Source: Eledone cirrhosa (taxonomy: Eukaryota). Taken from it: a stretch of 64,000 nucleotides of DNA. Positions 35,951 to 48,147 of this stretch are shown piece by piece (positions within the stretch are counted from its first letter, which is position 1; each line of letters begins with the position of its first letter). Position numbers and translations under genes: made by a program. The notes beneath the pieces were generated by a model. It searched no databases. It was not told where the DNA came from and saw only the letters and a program-made list of their open reading frames with translations. The stretch lies in the NCBI GenBank assembly GCA_964016885.1, contig OZ024741.1, positions 198,400,001-198,464,000 on the forward strand, written 5' to 3'.

Positions 35951-37369
35951 CAGGCTATAACAGAGGAGTTCAAGACCGGCTGCCCATGGGAACTCCTATA
36001 TGCAGATGATCTAACGCTCATAGCTGAATCAATGGCTGAACTAGAGAAGAAATTCCAAACATGGAAGCATGGCCTAGAATCAAAAGGCCTTAAAATTAAC
36101 CTGTCTAAGACTAAAGTTCTAGTTTGTATGAAGGAAAATAGGGCTCTGGTCCCATCTGGGAAATGGCCATGCTCAGTGTGTAGGAAAGGAGTAGGCAGAA
36201 ACTCCATTTTATGTCCGAAATGCAAAGTATGGGTGCATAAAAGATGTAGTGGGATCACAGGTAAGTTAACTAAGAATATAGATTTTATATGTGACCGGTG
36301 CTCAGGTGCAATAAGTAGCAGCAAGTGCCCACAAAATACTAGCTCATTCCATTGCACAGATGGTTCTATAGAAATAGTGGACACCTTCCGTTACCTGGGT
36401 GACAAAATCAGAAGTGGTGGAGAATGCTCTGAAAGTACAGTAGCTAGAGTCAGAACGGGATGGAAAAAGTTCAGAGAGCTTATACCACTGTTGGCCGCTA
36501 AAGGGTTCTCTCTAAAAATGAAAGCCAGGCTGTATGAAGCCTGCATACGAACAGCAATGTTACATGGCAGTGAGACTTGGGCATTGTGTGCAGAGGATAT
36601 ACGCAGACCGGAGAGGAACGAAGCTTGCATGCTCCGTTGGATGTGTAATAGTAATATACGTGAACGGCAAAGCATAAATGAACTAAGGGAGAAATTAGGA
36701 ATAAGAGGAATCAGATGTTGTTTACTCGAGAGAAGACTACGTTGGTATTGTCACGTGATGCGCATGAAAGACGACAGCTGTATAAAAAAGTGCAGGGCGA
36801 TAAAAATAGACGGTAGCCACGGAGTAGGCAGACCCAGAAAAACCTGGGACGACTTGATAAATTCCGACCTCACACACTTACACCTCTCCAAGACAATGTC
36901 ACGGGACCGAGATCTTTGACGCTACACAGTAATACAGAAGACCCGCCTTGCCTAAGTACAAAGCGAAACCTACAGTCAGTAGGCACCTCTTAACAAAAAA
37001 ACAAAAAAAAAAAAAATACTCCCCCTGGCCCACTACCCCCACCCCATCCACACCACCCCTTTCGATGTGAAGTTATGTTGGTATCACAACATCCAGTCCG
37101 AAATAAATGAGGTCGTGTAGGTGTCACAACAAAAAAAAACACACAGCCCACGCTGTAATGTGGCCGTGTAGGTAACACGGTAAAAACCTCCCAGTCCACA
37201 CTGTAAACGTGGTTGGTGTTAGGAAGGGCACCCAGCTGTAGAAAACCCGCCAGACAGTCCTATGCGAGCAAGACAACCAATCTTGCCTCAAGTGGGAAAA
37301 TTCCCGTCCAAACCCATGCAAGCGTGGAAGATGGACGTTAAACGATGATGATGATGATGATGATGATGA
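35951..37369 (+). mobile_element. 5'-truncated RTE LINE
   Basis: QAITEEFKTGCPWELLYADD, PHD finger, 3' UTR and (GAT)n tail. Confidence 0.95.
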
Positions 37370-37420
37370 CAAATGTTTGTTCTCTGTAACTATATACTCA
37401 TAAATACATGTTTGTATGTC

Positions 37421-37457
<37 letters not shown>

Positions 37458-37476
37458 CCCATGCTAGCGTGGGGTT

Positions 37477-38876
37477 TACCAAGGCTCCATCCTTAACCCC
37501 CTCCTGTTTATTATTGTCCTACAGGCTATAACAGAAGGGCTTAAGACTTGCTGCCCATGGGAACTTCTATATGCAGATGATCTAACTCTCATAGCTGAAT
37601 ATATGGCTGAACTAGAGAAGAAGTTCCAAACATGGAAGCATGGCCTAGAATCAAAAGGCCTTAGAGTTAACTTGTCTAAGACTAAAGTTCTAGTATGTAT
37701 AAAGGAGAATAGGGCACAGGTGCCCTCTGGGAAATGGCCATGCTCAGTGTGTAAGAAGCGAGTAGGTATAAATTCCATTCCATGCCCCAAATACAAACTG
37801 TGGGTACATAAAAGATGTAGTGGGATCACAGGTAAGCAATCTAAGAATATAGATTTTATATGTGGCCAATGCTCAGGTGCAGTAAATAGCAAGTGCCCAC
37901 TGGATGCTATCTCTTTCAACTGCCCAGATGGCTCTATAGAAATAGTAGACACTTTCCGTTACCTTTGTGACAAAATCAGCAGTGGTGGAGGGTGCTCTGA
38001 AAGTACAGCAGCCAGAGTTAGAATGGGATGGAAAAAGTTCAGAGAGCTAATGCTGTTGTTGGCCACAGGGGTTTTTCCTCTAAAAGTGAAAGGCAGATTA
38101 TATGATGCTTGTATACGAACGGTATTGAGACCTGGTAGTGAGACGTGGGCATTGTGTGCTAGAGACTTGCATAGATTAGAAAGAAATGAAGCTTGCATGC
38201 TCCGATGGATGTGTAATAGTAATGTACCCGAACGGCAAAGCATAAACGAATTGAGAGAGAGACTAAGCATAAGAGGTATCAAATGTGTTCTGGAGAGGAG
38301 ATTGCGTTGATATGGTCATGTGATGCATATGAAGTGCAACAGCTGTATAAAAAAGTGCAGAAAAATTGATGGAAGCTACGGAGTGGGTAGACCAAGAAAA
38401 ACCTGAGACGAGGTGATAAAAACTGACCTTGCTCACTTACACCTCTCTAAGACAATGTCACTGGATCGAGATCTTTGGTACCATGCAGTTGTACAGAAGA
38501 CCTGCCTTCCCTTGCATACAAACTTAAACCTACAGTCAACAAGCACCTCTTAACCCAATATACACCCCACACCCATACACCCTACTACATCCTCCCATTT
38601 CCATCCACTGAAAAGTGGTCGTATCAGTGACACAACAAAAAGCAGCCATTCCACACTGTAAAGTGGTCGTGTAGAAGACACGGTAAAAAGGCTCCCAGTC
38701 CACATTGTAAATGTGGTTGGTGTTAGGAAGGGCATCCAACCGTAGAAAACCTGCCAGGGAAAGTTCTGGTTGAGCGAGACATGGTCTCCCAACCAATCTT
38801 GCCTCAAGTGAAACAAAACCGTCTAACCCATGCTAGCTTGGAAGATGGACAATAAACGATAATGATGATGATGTTG
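37477..38876 (+). mobile_element. 5'-truncated RTE LINE
   Basis: Starts at QGSILNPLLF; YADD, PHD finger, premature stops, 3' UTR and tail. Confidence 0.93.
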
Positions 38877-38930
38877 ATATATATATATGTATATATATAT
38901 ATACACACATGCACACGCACATATATATAT

Positions 38931-39596
38931 ATAGCATTATGAACAGGTAGATATTTAAATTATTTTTTAATTTATTTAAAGGATTGTTTAATGTTTGTTT
39001 GTTCTGTTCATCAATTTTTATAGTTCTGGTATCTCGAATTAGTACCATAGAACAACAATTATATTGTAGACACCCTATATATCTGTCTGTACTTAGTGCT
39101 CAATGAGATATTTACCTCATTTTTATATATTCTCCAATCTATGTAGAGAAAAAATTTGTTGTTGCTTACTGCTATTTTTTTAGCAGCCAAGCCATCAACA
39201 AGTCTATAATATTCCCGCTTGCTCTAGTGGCCAGGTCACGTACGAGTCACTTTAACGGCTATAGCCCATACGTGCTGGTAGTTAGCATTATATTTGCTGA
39301 CCGTGGGACAAATGTCCTATAGAATGGAAATAGCTATCTGAAGAAATCTACTTTCCGTTGGAAATTCTCCGAATTTCCAATCTTTTGTGGATGGTAACCG
39401 CCTGTAATAGCATTATGAACAGGTAGATATTTAAATTATTTTTTAATTTATTTAAAGGATTGTTTAATGTTTGTTTGTTCTGCTCATCAATTTTTATAGT
39501 TCTGGTATCTCGAATTAGTACCATAGAACAACAATTATATTATAGACACCCTATATATCTCAGTGTGTACTTAGTGCTCAATGAGATATTTACCTC

Positions 39597-39605
<9 letters not shown>
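38931..39605 (+). mobile_element. Hammerhead-containing tandem unit (pLTR/retrozyme-like), about 1.4 copies
   Basis: About 200-bp direct repeats start at 38931 and 39407 (period 476). A type I hammerhead-like fold lies at 39333-39411. Confidence 0.6.
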
Positions 39606-39635
<30 letters not shown>

Positions 39636-39952
39636 TTGCTAGGTTTTTATATGAAATCGTGTGTTAAAACAAATATTGTTATACTTGGGGAGGGTCATAT
39701 TGTTGTAATATTATTGCCTATATATATATATATATATACAAATGCTTGTTCTTTGTAACTATATACACATAAATACATATTTGATGTATATATATATACA
39801 CAAGGCAGCAAATTGGCAGTCATTGGGGCATTGGATGAAAATACCTTAGTATTAGGCGCAAAGTGTCCAAGACACACTGTGTGTCAGGATGGCACCCTAA
39901 TGATTCCATCAGGAATTAAGGACCCTTTTACCTATACATATATATATATATA

Positions 39953-41085
39953 GAAAACAGAACCCAGATCCCCTCAGGGAAATGGCCTTGCTCAGTATGT
40001 AGGAAAGGTGTAGGTAGGAACTCCATTCTCTGCCCCAAATGCAAACAATGGGTACACAAGAGATGTAGCGGGATCTCAGGAAGCTTAATTAAGAATGTAG
40101 GATTCACATGCAGCAGCTGTGCTGAAACAGCAAGCAAACAGCCACAGGAAACAAGTACCACCAATCTCTGGGAGGGCCCTGTAGAAACAGTAGACAGCTT
40201 CTGCTACCTAGGTGACCGAATTAGCAACGGAGGTGGGTGCTCAGAAAGTACAATAACTAGGGTAAGAACGGGATGGAAGAAGTTTAGGGAACTACTACCA
40301 CTGCTAGCTGCAAAAGGCTTCTCCCTCAGAATGAAAGGCAGACTGTATGATGCGTGTATCCGAACAGCGATGTTGCATGGTAGTGAGACCTGGGCGCTGA
40401 AGGTGGAAGACTTACGTAGATTAGAGAGAAACGAAGCCTGCATGCTCCGATGGATGTGTAACAGTAATATACGTGAACGACAAAGCATAAAGGAATTGAG
40501 AGAGAGACTGAGCATAAGAGGAATCAAATGCTGCGTGCAGGAGAGGCGGTTACGCTGGTATGGACATGTGATGCGTATGAAGGATGACAGCTGCATAAAA
40601 AGGTGCAGAGCACTAGAAGTTGATGGAAACCGCGGAGTGGGGAGACCCAAGATGACTTGGGATGAGGTGATAAAAGCCGACCTTACCCAACTACACCTCT
40701 CAAAGTCAATGACACACGACCGTGACTTCTGGCGTCACGCAGTAATACAGGGTACCCGACCTCCCATGGGTACATGCTGAAGCATATAAACAATATGCCC
40801 CCCCCCCCCCCACCGCAAGGTGGTCGTGGAGGTGCCACGGCAAAAAAGCACCCAGCCCACACTGTAAAGTGGACGTGTAGGCGCCACGAAAAAGCACCCA
40901 GCACTCACTGTAAATGAGGTTGGTGTTAGGAAGGGCATCCAGCTGTAGAAATCAAGCCAGATCAGTTCCTGTATGAGCAAGGCATGGTCAGCCGACCAGA
41001 CACTGCCCACAACAGGACAACCCGTCTAACCCATGCTAGCGTGGAAGAACGGACGTAAAACGGTGATGATGATGATGATGATGAT
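39953..41085 (+). mobile_element. 5'-truncated RTE LINE (second subfamily)
   Basis: PHD finger, FCYLG, ERRLRWYGHV, GRPK, 3' UTR and (GAT)n tail. Confidence 0.93.
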
Positions 41086-41614
41086 ATAATAGAGTAAAAT
41101 GGCATGAGGCCCTCATGTCATTTTACTCTATAATGTTTAACTCTGTTCCCACACCACGAACAGGATTCAACATCAAAGATGGATGGGTTGCAAATGTTGA
41201 GTGCTTTGCTTTTATTACATCATGATTAACATTGCAGAATGATCAATTCTACCCAGTGGTGAACCACCAAACTTAAATATATATATATATTAAGTTGGAC
41301 CAACTTATACAGCTTCATATGCAAATGAGATTAATCACCTCATTTACATATACAATAAAACTATATATTTTCGCCTGTTTTCAAAGTCCGGCAGTTGCAA
41401 GAGCGGGAGAGATCATCATGATGAGAACCAGGTGAGTTTGAAATGCATCGACGATTGTCCCCCTTGCTTCTGCCAAGCACCGCTTGGTGACATTAGATGC
41501 CAGTGTCATTCATAGCTTTCTAAATGTTTATTTATAAACATACTGTATTTCTTTAGAAATACAAAATTCAATACATATTTGTATACAGCTATGTTCGAAG
41601 CTAAGTTCTAATTC

Positions 41615-41648
<34 letters not shown>

Positions 41649-41864
41649 AAAGTATATATTGAGTTAAAAGCTGGTGGTCTACGTCCCTTGTGATTTGAAC
41701 ACACATAACTATATATCAGCATTCGTCTCTCCTTACAGTATAAATATGTGCGTGTGTGTCAGATGTACATGTGTGTTCGTGTGTTCTGTGTGTCTATATG
41801 TATGTAAATATTTATATAGGTATGTAGATGTATATATATATATACACAACATGATTATAAACCA

Positions 41865-43080
41865 TTTTTCTTTGCAGAAAAGGAAGAAACAATGAAAGAT
41901 GTCGTATCTCAGGGTTGCCACACTTAATGCTGGCACCCGGACAGGTAGATCTGGTGAGATAGTGGAGATGCTAGAGAGAAGACATGTGGATGTGTGCTGT
42001 GTGCAAGAGGTGAGATGGAGAGGTGCCTCAGCAAGACTAATCACAGGCAAACATCTTAGCTATAAGCTTTTCTGGGTAGGAAACGCTGATGGGTTAGGTG
42101 GGGTAGGCATTTTACTTACCTGAGAGGTGGATCAATAAGACAATAGAGGTAGTTAGAGTCAGTAATAGAATCATTAAGATTAGATTAGTTGTAGGCAACA
42201 GACTGCTGACAATTATCTCTACCTATGCTCCCCAGGTGGGCCTCGGTAAAGAAGAGAAGAATTTCTTTTAGAAGCAACTTCTAGAAACAACCACAATGAC
42301 AGAGGACAGAGACCTAGTTATACTAGCAAGGGACTTCAATGGTCATGTAGAACAGCTCCAGTATGGATACACTAGAGTACATGGTGGTCATGGTTATGGC
42401 TCATGAAACAAAGGAGTGAGGCTTCTTGAATTTTGTGATGCAAGTGAACTAACTATTTGCAACACTAACTTCAAGAAGCCTACCAACCACTTAATAACCT
42501 ACCAATCAGGCGAGTACATAAGCCAGATTGACTTCTTGCTAGTTAGGCAACGAGACAGACAGATGGTGTCAAATACTAAGGCATACTCCGGGGAAGAATG
42601 TACCTCCCAGCATAGGTTAATCGTTAGTGACATCTCAATAAACAAGAGACATACAGGAAGGTCTGGAAGCTAAAAGACCTTTCACTAAAATATAAATTTA
42701 GGAAAGCCCTTCAAGATGTGTTTGACGAAAAAGAAGATGAGTTAGAATCGTATGACATAGATGATAACTGGAATTTCTTACGTAACGACTTACTGCAGGC
42801 TATTGAAGAAACTTGTGGTTGGGGCAGAGCTTCAACCAGACAGAGAGTGACCTGGTGGTAGAACAGCACAGTAGATAGGGCCATTAAAGACAAAAGACTA
42901 ACATGAAACGCTTGAAAAAATGGTGGGAGTAGAGACCAATACACAGCCACTAAAAGAGAAGCTAGACGTCAGGTGTACTTAGCACGCAGGGAAGCTGAAA
43001 GTAGGAGGTTTGTCCTGTCTCACCCTTGCAAGCAAGGAAAAACGGACGTAAAATGATGATGATGATGATGATGATAATGA
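41865..43080 (+). mobile_element. Internally deleted RTE LINE (APE endonuclease joined to 3' tail)
   Basis: LRVATLNAG..CCVQEVRWRG..GVGI..DFNGHV..SQIDF..QHRLIV, then directly CACCCTTGCAAGC..GGACGTAAAA(TGA)n. Confidence 0.88.
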
Positions 43081-43432
43081 TATATCAAGATGGAATTGAG
43101 GGTAGAGTTCAATTACATTCACAATGCTGTGGTAATATTAGTCAGTAGTGTCCATGTAAAGTGCACATAAAATACCTTATCCATCCGTTATCAGATGAAG
43201 ATAGAGGGGCCTCAATTCCCGGTCTCTGTGCGAAATGCAGGATGTTGTAGGAAAATAAGGGGTTTTACACTGCTTTTGGTCCTCTTAGATAACCGTTCAA
43301 AAGTTTGTTCATAATTTTAAGTCCGTCCACTAGTGGGGATATCCATATGTACATACATATATACATATATATACATATATATATACATATATATATAATA
43401 TAAGATCGAAAGATGGTTAAAAGAGTTACAAG

Positions 43433-43503
43433 TATTTTATTATGCGCATTTCAAAAACAAATATCATCCTGGGATGATATCTGCGTTTTCATCAGATAAA
43501 ATA
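43433..43503 (-). ncRNA. Type I hammerhead ribozyme motif
   Basis: TTTTAT-CTGATGA-stem II (GATATCATC/GATGATATT)-GAAA-TGCGCA-TA-ATAAAA: intact core, paired stem I and palindromic stem III. Confidence 0.72.
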
Positions 43504-43984
43504 GGGATACATGATATGAAGCTTAAAAAACACTTGTGAATCTCCTTCCCAGCTACCCCCTCCCTCCATGTGATAAATGTAGATTTAATAAGAGTATCTT
43601 ACTATAGATGAATAGTGGCCCAGGACCGCTCAGAGCAGTCACGGGGCAGATGGAGGCTCTGTAAGCTGTAGTGTAGGCAACCCGTCCCTAGGAGAGCAAC
43701 CACTCTGAGTAAATTGGTGCGGAGTGGAGAAGTCAGCCCTAAGTCCAGTAAAATGACTTCCCTAGTGCTGATGGCACAAATAAAAGCACCCAGTCCATAC
43801 TGTAAAATGGAGGAAATGGAAATGGCATTCAGCCATTAAAAACCATGCCAAAGTATGGGGTGGTGAGGGCCCCTGAGTCCAGTAAGACAAGCTCTCTAGT
43901 GCTGGTGGCACGAATAAAATGGCGCTGGTGATAGGAAGGGCATCCAACCAGTATATTAATGCCAACAATTATGAGCACAACATA

Positions 43985-45015
43985 TGTTGGTGGTAGTGGT
44001 GTTGGTGGTAGTGTTGTTGGTGGTAGTGTTGTTGGTGGTAGTGGTGTTGGTGGTAGTAGTGTTGGTGGTAGGAGTGTTGGTGGTAATGGTGTTGGTGGTA
44101 GTGGTGTTGGGGGTAGTAGTGTTGATAGCAGTGGTGTTGGTGGTAGTGGTGTTGGTGGTAGTAGTGTTGGTGGTAGTGGTGTTGGTGGTAGTAGTGTTGG
44201 TGGTAGGAGTGTTGGTGGTAATTGTGTTGGTGGTGGTAGTGTTGGTGATAATGGTGTTGGGGGTAGTGGTAATGGTGTTGGTGGTGGTAGTGTTGGTGGT
44301 AGTGGTGTTGGTGGTAGTGGTGTTGGTGGTAGTGGTGTTGGTGGTAGTAGTGTTGGTGGTAGGAGTGTTGGTGGTAATGGTGTTGGTGGTGGTAGTGTTG
44401 GTGGTAGTGGTGTTGATGGTAGTGGTGTTGGTGGTAGTAGTGTTGGTGGTAGGAGTGTTGGTGGTAGTGGTGTTGGTGGTGGTAGTGTTGGTGGTAGTGG
44501 TGTTGGTGGTGGTAGTGTTGGTGGTAGTGGTGTTGGTGGTAGTGGTGTTGGTGATAATGGTGTTGGGGGTAGTAGTGTTGATAGCAGTGGTAATGGTGTT
44601 GGTGGTGGTAGTGTTGGTGGTGGTAGTGTTGGTGGTAGTGGTGTTGGTGGTAGTGGTGTTGGGGGTAGTAGTGTTGATAGCAGTGGTGTCGGTGGTAATG
44701 GTGTTGGTGGTGGTAATGTTGGTGGTGGTGGTGTTGGTGGTGGTAGTGTTGGTGGTGGTAGTGTTGGTGGTAGTGGTGTTGGTGGTGGTGGTGTTGGTGG
44801 TGGTAGTGTTGGTGGTGGTAGTGTTGGTGGTAGTGGTGTTGGTGGTAGTGGTGTTGGTGATAATGGTGTTGGGGTAGTAGTGTTGATAGCAGTGGTGTTG
44901 GTGGTAATGGTGTTGGTGGTAGTGGTGTTGGTGATAATGGTGTTGGGGGTAGTAGTGTTGATAGCAGTGGTGTTGGTGGTAATGGTGTTGGTGGTGGTAG
45001 TGTTGGTGGTAATGG
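43985..45015. repeat. GT-rich minisatellite, 15-bp unit GGTGTTGGTGGTAGT with variants
   Basis: Directly visible tandem array of about 1 kb, with higher-order variants (GATAAT, GATAGC, GGGGGT). Confidence 0.95.
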
Positions 45016-45154
45016 TAAACAGTAAAAACACTAACCATGTTAGGGCTGCGCACGGTAATGGGGTGGCTAGTGCGGCCATGTGTGAGAAAAACCCGACCGT
45101 CATCAAACAATTGCATAACAACAACAACAACAATAATGATGATAATGATTTTAA

Positions 45155-46273
45155 ATATTTTTCATTGCAGAGAAAAAGAAATATCAATGAAAGACGCCGC
45201 ATCTCAGGGTTGCCACACTTAATGTTGGCACTCTAACAAGTAGATCTGGTGAGATAGTAGAGATGCTAGAGAGAAGACATGTGGATGTGTGCTGTGTGCA
45301 AGAGGTGAGATGGAGAGGTGCCTCAGCAAGACTAATCACAGGCAAACATCTTAGCTATAAGCTTTTCTGGGTAGGAAACGCTGATGGGTTAGGTGAGGTG
45401 GATTAATAGGATTATAGAGGTAGTTAGAGTAAGTAATAGAATCATTAAGATTAGATTAGTTGTAGGCAACAGACTGCTGACAATTATCTCTACCTATATT
45501 CCCCAAGTGGGCTTCGGTAAAGAAGATAAGGACTTCTTTTAGAAGCAACTTCTAGAGACAACTATAGTGACAGAAGACAGAGACCTAGTCATACTAGCAG
45601 GTGACTTCAATGATTATGTTTGGACAGTTCCAGGATGGATACACTGGGGTACATGGTGGTTATGGTTATGGCTCAAGAAACAAAGAAGGAGTGAGGCTTC
45701 TTGAATTTTGTAATGCAAGTGAACTAACCATTTGCAACACTAACTTCAAGAAGCCTACCAACCACTTAATAACCTACCAATCAGGCGAGTACATAAGCCA
45801 GATTGACTTCTTGCCTGTTAGGCAATGAGACAGACACATGGTTTTGAATACTAAGGCATACCCTGGGGAAGAATGTAGCCCCCCCCCCCCTCCTCCCCCA
45901 ACATAGGTTAGTCATTAGTGACATTTCAATAAGCAAAAGACAGAATGAGACACACAGGAAGGTGCGTCCAAGCATGGATGAGTTGAGAGTAAAATTGTGT
46001 ATAAGAGGGAAATTGTGTGAGAGAGAAGACTGCATTGGTATGGCCATGGGATGTGCATGGAAGATGACCACTGGGTGAAGAATTACCAAGAAATCCCGGT
46101 GGAAGGAAGACGCAGTAGAGGAAGACCACAAAAAACATGGGCGGAGGTGGTGAGATCTGACCTCAGATCACTGAAGCTCATAGAGGAGATGACGAGGGAC
46201 CATGACGAATAGAGAGATGCTATGCTGAATAGGACCCATGCCACCCTTGCAAACAGTGAAAAGCAGACATAGA

Positions 46274-46316
<43 letters not shown>
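45155..46316 (+). mobile_element. Bipartite internally deleted RTE LINE (APE plus extreme C-terminus and tail)
   Basis: The APE region closely resembles 41865-42650, then jumps to ERRLHWYGH...GRPQKTW and a (GAT)n tail. Confidence 0.88.
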
Positions 46317-46317
<1 letters not shown>

Positions 46318-46549
46318 ACACGAGCATCATTCATCTTTTCCCTGAGATTAGGGTGTTAATCTCAGTTTTCAGGGTCATAAAGTTTGGTTTAGATTTTATA
46401 AAAGCTGCTTTCTAGATAAATTCTCATTGGAGAGGATTTGAGCAATGAAAACCCTCTTCAGGGTCAGGGATTGTCCTAATTTAGGGTTAGTGAGGATTGT
46501 GCTTTATTTCAGAGAAAAATGACGTTAATAATCTTGAAACTTTTCTGGA

Positions 46550-47065
46550 CGCATCTACTCAATGAATGTGCTGTTGGCATTGGAGACTGATTTAATATGA
46601 AGTGCCAAATGTTGATCAGATGATTATATTGCTAGTTGGGGTGGACTTCATAGATTTCATAATGTTATGAGAGCATTAATTGACTTTTATCTCAACTACT
46701 CCCCAACGGATTCAAACGTGAAGAGCTAGGTGACCATATATTTGGGGTGACATGGTCATGGAGATTGTAACTCATCCATTCTTGGGTCCTCTTGATTTTA
46801 TGAAACAGCACAGAGTCTTGTTAGTAGGTGTACAGTCTTCTTTTGTGCATGCTCTCTATCCAAAGCCTCACAACCCTCACCAGCACCTCCTTATAGTCAG
46901 CAGTATTGACCCTTGAAGCCTAATGAAAGAAGTAAGGAGGCATGACATCTCTCTCATCGATCACAACTCCCAGAACCATCACTGTTGCCAGAAACTTTGT
47001 ATGCATGACTGTTGGAACATCTTTAGGGTCTCTGCATAACTGTCTGTCATTCCTTTGATTCACCA
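46550..47065 (-). mobile_element. Degenerate DD37D-type mariner transposase relic
   Basis: VNQRNDR..VMHTKFLATVMVLGVV..DVMPPYFF..QDS..TQEWM..HVTPNIWSPSS..LNPL...FIE*. Confidence 0.75.
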
Positions 47066-47665
47066 AAATTAATCTTTTGTTTGCTTATGGCGTACAAACA
47101 AATTTGCAAGCATGCACTTGCGCAGAAATTCAGGTAGGGGACCCCTTGGTGGTGGTAAACCGACTTGATGAATGTTGAAGTTGATATCATCAATGCAACA
47201 AAACGTCATAACTACTTGAGTTGGTGTTTGGTTTTCACAAAGCGAGACGTATTGGTTACTCATGGCTTATAAAGGAAGGTGAACACATGAACTTTTACTT
47301 GAACTACCCTTGGGGTAGTAAGCCCCTTCGACTTATCTATTGAAGTTCACATTAACACTGTATTACCTGATAACTTTTGAAGTTTAAGTTCGATTTTAAC
47401 TTTACCGGACACATTAGTTACCCATTGCCTAAAGATGATGGTGAAGACACTGTCTATACCCAGAACAAGCAAGGAGACCCCCAGGGGGCAGTAAGCCCCG
47501 GCGAGTCATTTATTGAATTTGGCTATTGTAATGCAGCAAAGTGCCATAGCTTCAATAATTGGTAGTCCAATAAAACAAATTTCGACTTAGTTGTTATTCA
47601 TGTACTACAGATGAAGATACAGTGAGGCACATTTACTTTCATTTCAATTCAGCAACTGGACTACC

Positions 47666-48147
47666 AGGAGTGTGAAATGACGGCAAAGTTCAAGGAAAAA
47701 AATTTAACTCCCCATTTCGGGGACAATGAGCCCAATTCATTAACCTATAAAAGTTCAAACTGCCACAATAAAAAAGCATCATAACATCGGGAGTTTATAC
47801 TTGATTCTTACAAAAACTAAACAAAATGGTTATTGCCTGCCATAAGATAAAGCACCACACATTTGTTATCACTTGAAATTTGCAATTATGGTTGCAGCAA
47901 AGCATTTCAACTTCTGGAAATAAAAGTCAATTTAAATGAAAGTTGACGCATCGGTTACTCATGTCCTACAAATGGAGTAGCGAATTTTTAAATCCCCCTG
48001 ACTTAACTTTAGTTTATTTAGTTAACTTTAGGATGATTGAATTTAATTTTGCACCCGGTTGTCTCCCCCGTGTAATTGCACCACAATTAAGTGCGAAATG
48101 GGGAGTTAAATTTTTTTCCTTGAACTTTGGCGTCATTTCACACTCCT
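47666..48147. mobile_element. MITE-like element with about 54-bp terminal inverted repeats
   Basis: AGGAGTGTGAAATGACG(G/C)CAAAGTTCAAGGAAAAAAATTTAACTCCCCATTTCG is mirrored at 48094-48147. No clear TSD. Confidence 0.65.

Noticed and set aside
41370-41430. Another hammerhead-like motif (minus ATGATGA...GAAAACAGGCG)
   Set aside because: The core C is missing and no convincing stems I or II form.
43615-43760. Possible HDV-like ribozyme in an RTE 5' UTR-like fragment
   Set aside because: It resembles an RTE leader, but I could not assemble the nested double pseudoknot.
43829-45236. Long ORFs resembling extensin, mucin or Gly-rich proteins, one with a signal-peptide-like start
   Set aside because: They are by-products of a stop-poor minisatellite. 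The apparent leader comes from antisense RTE and (TTG)n sequence, and there is no splice or gene context.
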